Origin: Antedon mediterranea
Lineage: Eukaryota; Animalia; Echinodermata
DNA: 64,000 nucleotides
Assembly: GCF_964355755.1 (NCBI RefSeq)
Contig: NC_092678.1
Coordinates: 17,563,365 to 17,627,364 of the forward strand
Direction: 5' to 3'
The notes under the pieces were generated by a model, which was not told the origin of the DNA, made no database searches, and saw nothing but the letters and a program-made list of their open reading frames with translations. The translations under genes and the position numbers were made by a program. The number at the start of each line of letters is the position of its first letter. The stretch's first letter is position 1. Below are positions 49,601 to 62,410 of this stretch, piece after piece.

Positions 49601-50639
49601 ATAACATTAATTATTACAAATTCTTATAAATTTACAAATGTTGGCTTGATTGGCGATATTGTTAATTATATTAAATCTTAAAAGTCATTAAAAAATAATT
49701 ACTTGCAAATAGTGGCATAACAGCTATGATGAAATGCTCACTGGCTAAACCCAGGAACCCCAGAGTTTAAAGACACCTTCCTTACAATTTGTGACGTTTT
49801 GTAAAAATAATGCATATATAATATTACTTTAAAAACATTAAACCAGGTCATTCCTTGTCTTAAATGTACGTTTTATGGTAAATTATGATAACAAGTGAGA
49901 AACAATGCACTACCTAAGTAGCTCACGGCGAATGACCTCTTGTGCACAGTATTTAGGCCTATAGCCTAGCTAGGCTTTGTTTTGTAGGCCTAGCTGGTAA
50001 ACATCGGTAACGTACGAACATTGTACGCTAGCTATACCTATTCACATTTTTAACCATTTAAAGACGAAAAAAGTTATCGCAATAGGACTAATAGTATTAT
50101 TTTTACATTAAATATAGTTTATGATCTTAAATTGAATCTAATAAACATAGGGCAGGTGTCTTTAAGGCGCTCCAGAGCAGGAGAAGTCCAATGCAACTAT
50201 CAGAGTTCTTCGCCACCTGCATTAGGCCACTGCTTGTAAGGGATATCAAAGATCAACCGAGTTGTTAAAATGAATTTCTGACCTTTTGTTTCAATTGGTT
50301 ATAAATTCATTTGGTTGATACTTTCTTTGTTTTAATTATTTTGTTGTTCTTTCATTAATTTAATCCATTTAAACTATCTAAAGCTCTGTCGACACTATCA
50401 AACTGTATGTGATTGTGACAAAAAATGTGATGTGCCCATATATAGACATGATGATGTCATATCACTTCCATATTTGGGAATATTACTGCTATATTTGGGC
50501 ACATCACACTTTTCTAAATCTAAACTGGAAGTATTCTTTAATGTCCTGACAGAATGATGCTGATAAATGTGTTAGTGTGGGAGTTATCCGACAAGAGGAA
50601 TTTGAGCCGCTATCAACTCTTGTACAATACTATCAAATG
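34446..50639 (+). CDS. NCKIPSD: NCK-interacting protein with SH3 domain (SPIN90/WISH/DIP) homologue, exons 1-5; in-frame TAG in exon 3; 3' exons not found in window
   Basis: Exons 34446-34616, 39967-40076, 47008-47599, 49118-49276 and 50553-50639 join in frame; motifs match NCKIPSD as I recall it (N-terminal SH3, [35 protein letters not shown]). Confidence 0.9.
35058..35200 (+). mobile_element. Short DINE-1/HINE-like element
   Basis: T-run, AGTCGCGT-GG-ACGCGACT hairpin, (GTCT/GTCG)n, cacgcgact, ggctgttggcc stem, T-run. Confidence 0.7.
35941..36572. mobile_element. Kolobok-like non-autonomous element
   Basis: TTAA on both sides, AG...CT termini, imperfect TIR agaccccttccct / agggaatggggct; shorter relative at 49771-50161. 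Confidence 0.65.
37335..39088. mobile_element. hAT-like non-autonomous DNA transposon
   Basis: 15-bp TIR CTAGGCTCGCGCTAA / TTAGCGCGAGCGTAG (1 mismatch); 8-bp TSD GATATCGA; subterminal ttcgcca/tggcgaa repeats. Confidence 0.8.
39967..40076 (+). CDS. NCKIPSD: NCKIPSD exon 2: [36 protein letters not shown](Q)
   Basis: ttttag| acceptor, CA|gttaag donor, phase 0 to 2. Confidence 0.88.
40140..43174. mobile_element. Mutator-like (MULE) non-autonomous element
   Basis: TIRs containing acaaagtgcgaggcagcgaggca; 9-bp TSD GAGATCAAA; G...C termini; internal inverted repeat ~40370-40600 / 40880-41110. Confidence 0.7.
41163..42206. mobile_element. Nested non-autonomous TIR element, superfamily uncertain
   Basis: CAGGCCCGTAGCCAG / CTGGCTACGGCCCTG termini; TTATT on both sides. 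Confidence 0.65.
43571..46235. mobile_element. Academ-like non-autonomous element with ~600-bp imperfect TIRs
   Basis: TAGTCCAGTCCCTAAGGGG terminal repeats (TAG...CTA); 3-bp TSD CTA; gacctctgtgacctctgacctc mirrored at both ends. Confidence 0.75.
44600..45200 (+). mobile_element. Highly decayed RTE-like LINE RT fragment inside the Academ-like element
   Basis: Remnant [12 protein letters not shown] and VRQGD motifs. Confidence 0.5.
46314..46451. mobile_element. Harbinger-like MITE (relatives at ~36615-36740, 37131-37262, 50381-50520)
   Basis: AGCTCTGTCTACACTATCAAACT terminal inverted repeat; internal cccaaatatggtagtgatatg repeats. Confidence 0.6.
47008..47599 (+). CDS. NCKIPSD: NCKIPSD exon 3: Pro/Ser-rich linker and start of the helical region; TAG at 47375-47377
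   Basis: tttgtag|G KLVEHRQ...; ORFs 47036-47377 and 47387-47608 share a frame; donor ACA|gtaagt. Confidence 0.85.
48011..48180. mobile_element. Tc1/mariner-pogo-type MITE
   Basis: TA|CAGTCAACTCTC ... GAGAGTCGACTG|TA. Confidence 0.7.
48611..49038. mobile_element. Near-palindromic Kolobok-like MITE
   Basis: TTAA TSD; ~150-bp inverted arms starting AGGACAACTTGACCGAGGACCAT. Confidence 0.8.
49118..49276 (+). CDS. NCKIPSD: NCKIPSD exon 4: ...[41 protein letters not shown]
   Basis: Conserved [11 protein letters not shown] motif; tag| acceptor and |gtaaag donor, phase 0-0. Confidence 0.93.
49771..50161. mobile_element. Kolobok-like element, internally deleted relative of 35941-36572
   Basis: TTAA|AGACACCT...AGGTGTCT|TTAA; shared internal sequence. 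Confidence 0.7.
50553..50639 (+). CDS. NCKIPSD: NCKIPSD exon 5: [29 protein letters not shown]
   Basis: cag| acceptor and |gtaacc donor; DAD..EFE..LV.YYQM motif. Confidence 0.9.
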
Positions 50640-50714
50640 GTAACCAGAATATCAATTTGTTAAACTGTATGAATCAGTGTTATAATCATAGTCATTGATT
50701 TGTGTCACTTAGCA

Positions 50715-50800
50715 GCCATGTCCATACTGTGTTGAAGCACCGGTTCTCGGCAGATTACTAAAGTTAAACAACGTTGGGCCCGTTTGTGTACTGGATGGGA
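50715..50800 (+). pseudogene. 5S rRNA-derived relic (truncated pseudogene or SINE3 head)
   Basis: ccatac..gttgaagcaccggttctcg..gat..aagttaaacaacgt.gggccc..tactggatggg follows the 5' ~85 nt of metazoan 5S rRNA with many substitutions. Confidence 0.65.
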
Positions 50801-51359
50801 GGAAATGATAATAAATAATTTTTTAAGTTTTTACGAAAAGTTTAGAGAGAAGAAGAGTTAACAATACTGGTATCTAATTGATTCCATATTAAAAGTCCAG
50901 AAACATAAATAAAGTGGCAAGAACTAGTTAATCTTACGAAAGGAATAGTTAACTGAAACTTATCAACTAAAAAATAATGTTTTTTTAGTATGATAATCAT
51001 GTTAAAGTATTTAATTTAAAGGTTTCTCCAAGTATAACAATGATACAATTTCTATTTTTTTTAAAGTATAATATATTTACTAGTGACCTAAACATAACGT
51101 TCTTGGAATATTCATTTTCTTTTATCTGAAATAATTTCTAGACAATTCAATTTTTATTTTGTTTTTGACCAGCACCTATTATCCATAATTGTCTCCCTTT
51201 GCCCATGAGTATAAATGGCTACTAACATTCAGGATGTTGGTTTTATTTATTTGTATCTTTACATGATAGTTATTCCTTAGAGAAGAAAGTAATTGTTTTA
51301 TAATGTAATGTTTTGTTGAATGCAGTAAGTTAATACTATTATAATAAGTTGGTGTACTC

Positions 51360-51755
51360 ACTGTTCTGTACTTGTGTCTGGTTTTGAGTACATAGTTTTA
51401 AAGATAAGAATTACTATATTGGTAATGTTTTATTTTCGGTTGTGATAAAATCAACTTCTGGTACTTTAAAGGAGCGCTACTATCTATACTGTTCTGTACT
51501 TGTGTCTAATTTTGAGACGTATATATAATAGTTTAAAGATAAGGATTACTATATTGGACATGTTTTATTTTCGGTTGCAATAAAATCAACTTCTTGTACT
51601 TAAAAGGAACGCTACTATCTAAACTGTTCTGTACTTGTGTCTGATTTTGAGACGTGTATATAAAGTTAAAAGATAAGCGGGTTACTATATTGGTCATGTT
51701 TTATTTTTGTTTGTGATAAAATTAACTTCTTGTACTTAAAAGGAGCGCTACTCTC
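51360..51755. repeat. Tandem repeat, ~130-bp unit x3
   Basis: actgttctgtacttgtgtct at ~51360, ~51488 and ~51623. Confidence 0.85.
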
Positions 51756-52997
51756 TATGCTTTTGATGATATAGGTGGTTTTTTATATCAAGCACATTAT
51801 TTAGTAAATGAAATAAATGACTAAATCTAGAAACAGCGAAGTAACTATATCTTTTTAAAGTTTACAGTAATTATTATAATCCAAAAATATATAATATAAT
51901 ATCTATGGCAAAATTTTAGATGGATATAAAAAAAAAAAAAAAAGCAGTGCTAGCATTGAAACATCGATCTTTTTAAATACAGTAGAGATACATTGTTGTA
52001 GCTTCATTTTCTTATTCTTTAATCTTGATAAAAATAATTCTTGGATATTAAATGTTTGCTCAATTCCTCTTCACTTTGTGGTTACTAACACTTGAGGATA
52101 TACAGTAAATACTTAACAATTCTTCCTTACAATTTTCCAATAAAAAAAACAACAAAATGTACTTCAAATAGTTATTGAAACTTCTTCTCTAACTTAATAA
52201 ATAAAGAGGTTTACACCGGGCAAATGGGCCCGTATTCATTAAAGGTGATCAATTTTAATCCTGGACATATTTTATGATTTGAAATATCATTTTGAAATTT
52301 TAATTTTTCATTTTTATAATTTAAATAAAGACCTAATTAAAACCTATAGTTACATTGTTGCCCACTAATATAAGTAACAAAAATATTACACCAAAACAAT
52401 TCCCAGACTGGGAACACTAAGGATCAATTTTTGGAAATAAGGTTGTCACTCAGATATTAGGTAAATTTTTGAGATTTTTAGCTTATTCCATAATTATAAG
52501 AAAACTAAATAAGTTCAAAAATTCCAAAATTATGAAATTTAGCTAACAACTCATAAATATGCATGATATGGTAATGACTTCCACACAGAGAAGATCCTAT
52601 CTGTCTCCAATATTAATAAAGCGCCAATTGCTCGTTTTGTAAGTGGAGATATGATATTTGTGTTTTCTCCTCCATTTCCTCCTAGGAAACAAGGACAAGT
52701 ATACGGCTTCTGTTACTAAAGGTTTTTGGCTGTATATGTTCGTTAGACATGTTCGCCCTCTCTTATCTGCTGACGTCGGTGCTACCGTTTGAGATTGCTC
52801 GTGATACGATGACTGACACAAAAAATATCCAAAAACTCTGCTTCTCTGCTCTAGTACTTACAATGTTATTTTCACAAGAGGAATCAATCCCATATACGCA
52901 CTATGGTTAGATTGTTTCTGTGTTTTTTGTGGTTTTTTTTTACTATATTTTAATGAGGGTGATCCATCTAGCAATTGCTGATCATTTGTGATCCTAG

Positions 52998-53430
52998 AGC
53001 CCCTTTCTCACAGAGCTGTGTGCCAGGAATATTGCGGGAATATACCATTACCATGTCGGTATGGTTTTCAGTGAGAACGGGTCGTCTTGGCATTATACCG
53101 GCATCGACATGACCTGCTTTAGAAATAGTAATAGTCTAGGGATATTCCCCGCAATGCCAGACGGGCATTCTGTGAGTACGTAATCTGTGACTTATAATTC
53201 GCCGCCATATATCGCTAGACAAAAATAATAACAATAAAGGATGCCCTCATTTATTAATTTGTCAGATACTTTATATTGGCCGAATATGCCCGACTCCTTT
53301 CTCACAGAAAACTGGTATATTCCGGTTTTTCCGGCACGATAGTCCGATGAGAATGGATGCCGGTAACGATACCGGCACGACGCCAGCATAATACCGGTAA
53401 TATTGCAAGCACATCTGTGAGAAAGGGGCT
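52998..53430. mobile_element. PIF/Harbinger-like MITE
   Basis: 17-bp TIR AGCCCCTTTCTCACAGA / TCTGTGAGAAAGGGGCT; TSD not clear. Confidence 0.6.
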
Positions 53431-54399
53431 TGCTTTAGAGGTTCACAAGACAAACATATGCACAAGATGCTCTACAAAAACAAAGTCTTATGACAAAACT
53501 TTGGGAGTGGGGTTGTAATTTTGTCTGATATGTGACAGGACTTGAACCCAGGACTCTTGGAGTGGTAGCCAAGCATCAATTCCACTTCTAATATCTTATT
53601 AACAAGTTATATTTGATAGGGTCTTTGTGATAGATATACAGTATATACTGTACATATTGTATATGGCATATAATAGGCACAACTCGGCACTATAAGCGTA
53701 TGCATCATGTCATAGGATGGCGTACATCAACTTTTTACGATCGAATGTTAACGTACATGCACGTTTAACAAGTGTTAATTTCATTAAAATGATAAAAATG
53801 ATCACCTATAATTCGTCAAAGTGACGAATTAAATTCTAGTTTATATATAGATTATCCAAATATGGTATGTCATGGACATAGTGTTTTTGCCATCGTTCAC
53901 TGTGTAATCGTCCGTCTGCATTTCTAAGCATATAACAAATCATCACATTAATTTACAGTTAATAATCAATAATAACAAAGTAAACATACATTTTTAAAGC
54001 AATGAATATCCTTTGAATGATGTTTCAAAGATAGGTTGGTTGACGTTAGCCATACAACTCATTGAGTATGGTATGTTGGCATGTACAGCATTGTTCATGA
54101 GCATCGTTCCATTGGTTTCTATTGTGTGGGTACTTAGCATGTACAAAATATGGTAAACGTTGAGCTTGGCATTTCAGCCATTGCTTTACTGTACTGTTCA
54201 AATGGCTACCTGTATTGCTACGATAAATGACTGTTTTACTATTACGTACTACCTCTAGTCAATAAAAATAAAAAAACAAACATACACAATTTAACATACA
54301 TTTGCAAAGTCATAGAATATCAGACTAATGCAATACAATTATTGTTTTATAGGGCTTAGCATAAAAATTACTTGTTTCTCCTTTTTTAAATTATTGTTT

Positions 54400-55330
54400 A
54401 TCTAACATATGTTTTTAAAAGTCCATCATGTGTCTTGTACTTGATTACTGGTGGCACACTAAAAGGGATGAAGGCAAACTTTACGTCTCCGATCTTTGCC
54501 TAATTTTTTTTAAATGTTTTACTTTTAGTGTTTGTCTTAGAAGTCTTACGGGATACGTCTTCGCTTATATAAATACTGTTATTGTTTAGTGGATTGCCCT
54601 TCAATGTTTTCGCTGCTTGGCTTAGAACAAATTTGCCTGCCCACGTAGCTCAACAGTTAATTGGTCTTTGTCTCCTCGATGATGAGCGCCTTATTGGGAT
54701 TCTGTGGGCTCGTTCCACTTCTAATGTTGACCCCATTCTCTAATTTCATGTGCGAAGTGAATACAAATTCTACAAATTCCTTGCACGATAAATTGCCTCC
54801 CTTCTCGTAATCTTCTGGTACGTTATGAATGATTATATTATTCCTCCTCGATCTATTTTCGAGATCGTTTTCTTTCTTTTCTAGATAGGTAATAGTATCT
54901 AAAGTTTCATTAACTGACTTACATTTGTTTGTATTGTCCTCCACTGATTTTTCCATGAATTCTAGCGATTGCGTTATCTTTGTGACGACTCCGGTGTTTT
55001 TTTTTACGTTTTCCTCAATTTTGGTCATCTTACCCTTCTAGATTATTGACTCGTTTAACCATCGACTCCAGTTTGTTTAGTATTAGGTCAAGTTTTGAAG
55101 AGAGTTATCGCATTTGACGGCTGATGTTCTGGTTCAGTTGAGCCGCACCCATATTTTATTCCGCTCCGAATCTGACCCTTGGCTGTATTGGCCAGGGGTG
55201 GACCTCAGATGATAGGTTATTTTGTCCTTTTTAGCTTTCGATTTTTCTATATTCAATAGAGAGTTTTACTTTCAGTGTACAATATGTAAATACGGCACTG
55301 ATTTAGTTGTTTTTGAAAGGAGCGCTAAAA
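54400..55330 (-). mobile_element. Decayed LINE ORF1 (coiled coil + RRM-type) fragment
   Basis: DLENRSRRNNIIIHNVPE signature in ORF 54657-55028; frameshifted downstream. Confidence 0.7.
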
Positions 55331-55600
55331 AAATGTGATGATTTGTGTCTTTACTGCATAGTAGCTTAGCGCCCTCTCAACCACTATTAAAAAAACTATT
55401 TCTTAATAATGTACAAAAAATGAAATGAATACCATCCCATTAATTACCGGTATGTACAGAGAAAGCTTGAGCGGAAATCGAGGGTTACTTTTGCCAACAA
55501 GACGAAGCGCGAAACAAATAAAAACGCAGCGTGAAACATCTGAAATGATATACAATTTCCTACAAAATGAAAAGACAGAATACATTATATATAACTATAA

Positions 55601-57527
55601 CTAGCAGTAACCCGTGCGACGCACGGTCTTTAAACAGCTTTACATGGGCAAGTATAATAACAGCGCAATTTGATAAAGGTACTTTGACAAATTATTAAAA
55701 TAAAAACAAATTGTATCAAGAATAAAATTGGGAACTACTGTATTTAAGGCCATTGGTTTGTAATACGCTATTCCTTCACTTCAATTATTATGTAGGCTAA
55801 AAATTAAAGCAATGGTACAGTGGATATGGAACTTTGACTTTACTTTTGACTGGAAAATAAAAGACGCTTAAGAAAAATTGTGCTGTATAAATTATTTTGG
55901 GTGTTTTTCGTGGTGTAATAATTATTTGATACGTAGAGATAAAAAAAAGTGGATAAAAATCGAATGAAAAAAACACATTGCTGCGGAAACACGAATTAAG
56001 TTTATTTATTTATATTTTATTTTTATTTCACTGGTTTTGATATTTTGCAATTTTTTTGTAAGGGAGATTTGTTACGTACTTGCTACTTTTGTAATTAAAG
56101 TGTGGTCTACCAGAAACCAGTGCTCCGCACGGTTTGCCTACCTTAATAATTATTCGCATGGCATGATTGTTAAGTATAATAAAAGCGTACTTTTCCCGGC
56201 CACAATATTTCTTTTTGTACATAAGTTGGGGGACCCCTCAAAAAATAAATATACGTCAGAAATGAGCTAACAATTCGCTAATACAAAGGTTTTCTGTCGA
56301 GCCGTCTGTATAGTCGAGTGGATTAGGCTATGGACTTTACATGTCGATGTAGGCCTATGTGGTTCTTTTTACTTTATAGTGAGAGAGTGATTATTTAGAG
56401 GGTTAGGTTTAGTTATATTTAGGAACTTAAGTAGTTCGGCTATCTTTCACATAAGGGGCCCCAACTTTTGTACGAAATAAAAATTTGCTTCCTGGCCCCT
56501 GACAAATTGTTTTTTTAAACGAACAAATTGTCAACAATTCAATTCGGAACTACTTAAGATTTTTTTTATACACGGAGTATTACTACTATTACTTTGAAAT
56601 AGTTGTAAGCTACAAAATGAAAGCAATACTGGATTTGGGGTGGGCCTCAGAAAATGACAACGTGCATGAGCGGGACAGACTTCTCAGTCGGCAGAGATTA
56701 AAACTTTTTAATGATAAAATATGAATTGGTAAGTTATCGAATTAAGATGTGAAGTATTGGAATAATAACAGTGATGCGCTCGGACACAAACATTTTGGGT
56801 ATATTTTTGTTGATATTTGATATTTAGCGGATTGGATTCCTTTGTGTGTTATTTTATTTACATTTGTTAAACAATGACACAAAACTATACATTTGTTTTG
56901 TGGAAACACGACACCTAGGCTATTGGATTCGTTTTATTTGTGTGTTTTTTTTTGTTTGTTCATTTACATTTTTTTCATGTGATTGTTTTTTATATTTTGT
57001 TGTGTGCATTTGTTCGTATCTTTTTTGCTAGTTTTATAATTACATTGTGGTTTAGTTTTGATTTTTAGCTTTAAACGGTGATACAATTAGTACACATGTC
57101 GCGGATTGAACTCGAACCTACTAAGCATGATATCAATGGTCACGGTGATTTCCTCACTGAGCCAAACCGTGATTTACAAAATACATTCTGTTCCATGGAT
57201 AATTCATTAAAATTTCAACGGCGCGATCATTCGATGTCGGTTGACTAAAGATTGTTTATTTAAAGGCCCGGAATGGTATTTGTAGATCCGGCCATGGCGG
57301 TACACAACATAGGAGGTTGCGTAGTTTATACAGTGACGTAACATGGTCGCTGAGACGTCAAATTACTGCTATTTTTTTACTTTTTTTAGTGTTTATCCTT
57401 AAAATTCAGGAAAGTGACATAGCCTATCGTGTGTGGCCCCTCAATAAACATCAGTGTGCCAAATGTGATCATCAGGTACCTTTCAGTGGTTTTGGAGGAG
57501 ACTTATTAGCATTATTAATAGATAAGA
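55601..57527 (-). mobile_element. Non-autonomous Helitron
   Basis: Minus strand reads A|TCTTATCTATTAATAA ... CCGTGCG-T-CGCACGG hairpin, short spacer, CTAG|T; no TSD. Confidence 0.8.
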
Positions 57528-60039
57528 TATAGATATTTACAAAGGCTCGGACATGTAAGAAGGGCCTTAAAAAACTGAATTGCTATATGTTAGACCACAT
57601 TTCCATAAGTTTTCAAAACTCATCGAACCCTCTGCTAGTAGGCCTAATTAATAGGAGCGTATCGCCAAATCATTATAAAAAAAAAACATAGCAAGATGTA
57701 ATTAATCAAACAACGGCCAAAGAATACCAACAAGTAATTTGGTTATTTTAATTACTATGGTGGTGGACTATGCTTAGTTTGAAACTATAGTGACCATTTT
57801 TTTTAGAAAGAAAGATAGAAAAAGTTGTTTTCATCTCCATGTTAATACCAAGGCACTTTTCAATTAAAAAATCTGTCCTAGTATTCTTGCAATGTCGTCA
57901 CAGCTCCAGTTACAAACGGTGATACAAAGTGTCAATCATTTGACCAGTGAACAGCCCTCTGGTATGATAGTCTTTTTGAATCCATCCGTAAAACACATTA
58001 TTCACTCACATCAGTCATTCCGCTAATGGTTGCGTCTAATGATGCATTCTATTCATATCTCTGCTATATTCTGTAACCGGCTGTCTGTCCCGTCGTACAT
58101 CTCACCGCACGCAGTTTAGTATGTCTTCCCGAAAAGGGCATCAATATTATGTGTAGGCCTATTGGTAATTTGCCAATAATTAAATACGAAATATTATAAT
58201 ATAATATAATATTATTTACATCTGACCACAGAGCCTCGATAGCCAAACCAAACAATATTATAGGACTAAAAGTACAAAAAAATAACTTTAACGATTATAT
58301 TTTCACAGCAATGATTTATTTAAATCAAATATTAATAAATGTTCACACAAAGTAAAGCTTGTGGTTCCCACAAGAGACGCAATGCAAGGAGGATAGGCCT
58401 ATAGGTAGACACAAAGCAAGTGAGTTGACCAATCACACAAGCGACAGTAGAGTTCGATTAACCCATCGCTTGTAGGCTAATATTGGTTACATTGTTAACT
58501 TTGAATACTGATTTTATGTAAATGAAATACTTCTGCTGCTTTTTTTATGTGTTTTTTATACCGAAAAAAATAAAAGTACATAGGCTGGATGCAAGTGAGT
58601 TGACCAATCACAAAATACATCACTTGTGATTGGTCACTAACGTTGCTCTCTGTGCATTGCGTCTCTGTAGTGGAACCAAGCATAATGTACCAAGCATGCA
58701 GCAGTAATACTTGTTTTCACAGAATCTTCACCAGACTATACATTGATACGGTTATACCAATTAATCACAACATGATAAAGCAAACAAAGTTATAGATCAG
58801 GGTTGATGAAATATGTCATTATACCGGTACGCGTTTAATTTGTCCATTATAATGTTGTTGTTGTGGACAGTAAAACACCAATATTTATTTACTTTTATTC
58901 AAAAACTTTCCAACAGGAACAATGTTCCCACTTACAGGTGATGTTATATAAAAAATAAAATATAAAATATATATGTATATACTCAAAAGCACATTACTCC
59001 CATGACGGTATAATAATAATGGACAGGTTCACCAACCCTATGGAAATTACATTATTACATTAAATCAAAAACTCTTGTATGCTATAACTGTAACAATAAA
59101 ATTCACAACAATTACATCAATATTTTTTAAAAGGCCAAAAAAATAAGTATTTAAGTTTTTTTATATTATATTAGATGAGAATAAAGGCGGCTTCTCTCAT
59201 ATAGTGGACCGACCACAGTGTACACGGCAAGTAAGTAGCCTATACTACCGTAATGTTTGTCTATTCGTCAGTATTGGTCATATCCGATATATTTTGGTAC
59301 CAAAAACGTTAAATGAACGATAGAGGTCATAGGTCAATTATCACTAAATTACTGAATTTCCACTATATTAATATATATCTCGTCCAAACAAATATTGAAG
59401 CAGATTCATGTTTATGTTCATGTTAACACATTCGTTATATGCATACAGTATTATCAACTAAGGTATTAACATTAACACTTATTTAGCGATATACATTATA
59501 GATGATAAGCACATAATCAGCGGCGCTTCACATACTGTAATAATATTATTTGAAATAAAAAGGTTTTAATTGATTTTTAAATTATTAATTTATATAGATT
59601 ATAGTAATCCATATTGTTAATGTTACTTGGCAAATTGCAACTGAAAATCAACGAAAACGAGCGGTCAGCAAATATCTTCGCATAACATCCGTTGCACGGC
59701 CAAACCGACCCCCTAGAAAAAGAAGCCTACACTATTTTAAAAATAAGCCAGATAATCCCAGGGGGGCTTTAAATCGATGGTGGGCCTCTTTTTGAAATTA
59801 CCTTTTCAAAATAAAGAGTGGCTTCTTTTTGATTTGTTATTTCTTGGAGGTGGGCTTCAATCTTTACGAGGTCGGCTAGCCAACATCAGCTCTTGAAATT
59901 CGTTTTTCTTTAAAAAGGAATTTCATCAGTGGGGATCGAGATACAAACAAATAGTATTTGTTTTATATGGCCTATGAAATGTTCATAATAATAATAACTT
60001 TATCTTCATTTTAATGAAAAGCGATTATTAATTATAATA

Positions 60040-61310
60040 ATATAGTACGGTATACTTTATCTATCAAATCTTACTTATAACTAATACAACATAACAACAC
60101 TAATACAATTCACTAAACAACATCCATGTATAGGTATAATGAAATAAGCCAACATCAATTGAAATATAACAACATCGTATCTACCAAATCTTACATAAAA
60201 CTAATACAATCCACCAAACTACATCCATAAATGTATAGGTTATATTAATGAAAAAGCCGAACACCAATTGAAATAAAAACTACATTTTATCTACTAAATC
60301 TTACATAAAACTAATACAATCCACCAAACTACATCGATAAATGTATAGGTTATATTAATAAAAAAGCCAACACCAATTGAAATAAAACACAATCTTATCT
60401 ACCAAATCTTACATAAAACTAATAAAATCCACCAAACATCTTCGATAAATGTATAGATTACATTAATGAAATAAGCCAACATCAATTGAAATAAATACTA
60501 CATTTCATCTACTAAATCTTACATAACAATAATACAATCCACCAAACTACATCCATAAATGTATAGGTTATATTAATAAAATAAGCCAACATCAATTGAA
60601 ATAAATACTACATTTTATCTACTAAATCTTACATAACACTAATACAATCCACCAAACCACATCCATAATGTATAGGTTATATTAATGAAATAAGCCAACA
60701 TCATTTGAAATAAAAACTAAATTTTATCTACTAAATCTTACATAACACTAATAAAATCCACCAAACTACATCGATAAATGTATAGGTTATATTAATGAAA
60801 TAAGCCAACCTCATTTGAAATAAAAACTAAATTTTATCTACTAAATCTTACATAAAACTAATACAATCCACCAAACTACATCGATAAATGTATAGGTTAT
60901 ATTAATGAAATAAGCCAACATCATTTGAAATAAAAACTAAATTTTATCTACTAAATCTTACATAACACTAATACAATCCACCAAACTACATCCATAAATG
61001 TATAGGTTATATTAATGAAATAAGCCAACCTCATTTGAAATAAAAACTAAATTTTATCTACTAAATCTTACATAAAACTAATACAATCCACCAAACTACA
61101 TCGATAAATGTATAGGTTATATTAATGAAATAAGCCAACATCATTTGAAATAAATACTACATTTTATCTACCAAATCTTACATAAAACTAATCCACCGAA
61201 CTACTGTAAATCGATAAATGTAAATGTTTAATATTAATGAAAAAGCCAACATTATATACACTGAAATAAAACAACAACTTATCTACCAAATCCACCAAAC
61301 TACAATGTAC
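60040..61310. repeat. 110-bp minisatellite, ~11 copies
   Basis: taagccaac recurs at 60691, 60801, 60911, 61021 and 61131; degenerate at both edges. Confidence 0.92.
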
Positions 61311-61544
61311 ATCAATAAGTTTAACCGTAAAACTTTAAAAAGAAGCTCATGGGCTTCTTCTTTATTAGGGCTCTTGGCTGGGCTTCTTTTCGAGATTACT
61401 TTTACAAATGAGAGGGACTTCGAAATGAATTAGCATGCTGTAAATGTTGTCAATTGCTACTACTGTACAACAATACGGATGTTTTTACATTTTAAATATT
61501 TGCAGACAAGAAGAATCAATCAATCAATCAATCAATCAAAGTAA

Positions 61545-62410
61545 CATTTATTTCTCTTGTCTTTCATAGAAAATAAAAATTAGCAGTAAAAATTATTGAA
61601 ATAAGAGGGGCAACATTCCTAAAAAGCAAAGCTTGTATAAGGCAGCCCATAGAAAATGAGAAAAAAAAAAACAGGACAACACGGGAACCGGAAACAGGAC
61701 AAAAACAGTAATGAAGACTTTTAGATTCAGGGTACCGAAAAGACTAAATATCAAAACTACAATGAGTGAAAGGATAATTAAACATAACTAGATAAGAGGT
61801 GCCGTTTCAATTTAAAAGAAAAACTCTTCTTAGACAAAGCACTTTTTATATTAACTGGTACGTTATCCCAAAGTTTAGGACCAGTGAACTTAATGCTATA
61901 TTTAAAAGAAGTAGTTTTAAAAAAAGGAATACGTATTTGATTTGCGCTCCGAGTACTGTGGTTATGAAAATTAAGATTGAAACTAAATAAATCATTAAAG
62001 TGTGATGGCAGGATCGAGTTTAGCCATGAATAGAGGAAAATACTTTGTTGAAGATGGTTAATATCCTGAATTTTAAGAAGACCAAATGAAGAAAATAAAG
62101 GATTGGAATGGGATAAAGGAGGAGCATTTGCTATGTATCTTACGGTTTTCTTTTGGATCAATAACAGTTTGTTTAAGTAGGACGGGTATGTATTACCCCA
62201 AATAATATTACAGTAAGTGAGGTAAGGGAGGATTAGTGAACAGTAAAGAATCCGGAGTATGTTTTGAGGGATGAAAGATGATAATCTATATATGATACCA
62301 GAACTTTTGGATATTTTGTTTTCGACTTGAGTAATCTGATGTTTCCAATTTAGCTTACAGTCCAGATAAACACCAAGAAATTTAGTTTTCTCAACAATAG
62401 GTATTAATTG
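61545..62410 (-). mobile_element. 5'-truncated CR1/L2-group LINE (RT C-terminus + 3' UTR)
   Basis: KFLGVYLD..LNWK, LYCSLILPYLTYC..WG, QKK.VR.I, H.TRS and GPKLW motifs; AATAAA on the minus strand near 61550. Confidence 0.85.

Noticed and set aside
57840-58140. Coding-like minus-strand stretch with a PHD-like fragment (CGEMYDG..I*IEC)
   Set aside because: Multiple stops and too few conserved Cys/His residues; probably a transposon relic
51360-61310. Regular repeats considered as CRISPR-like arrays
   Set aside because: Whole units repeat with no unique spacers, in a eukaryotic context with no cas genes
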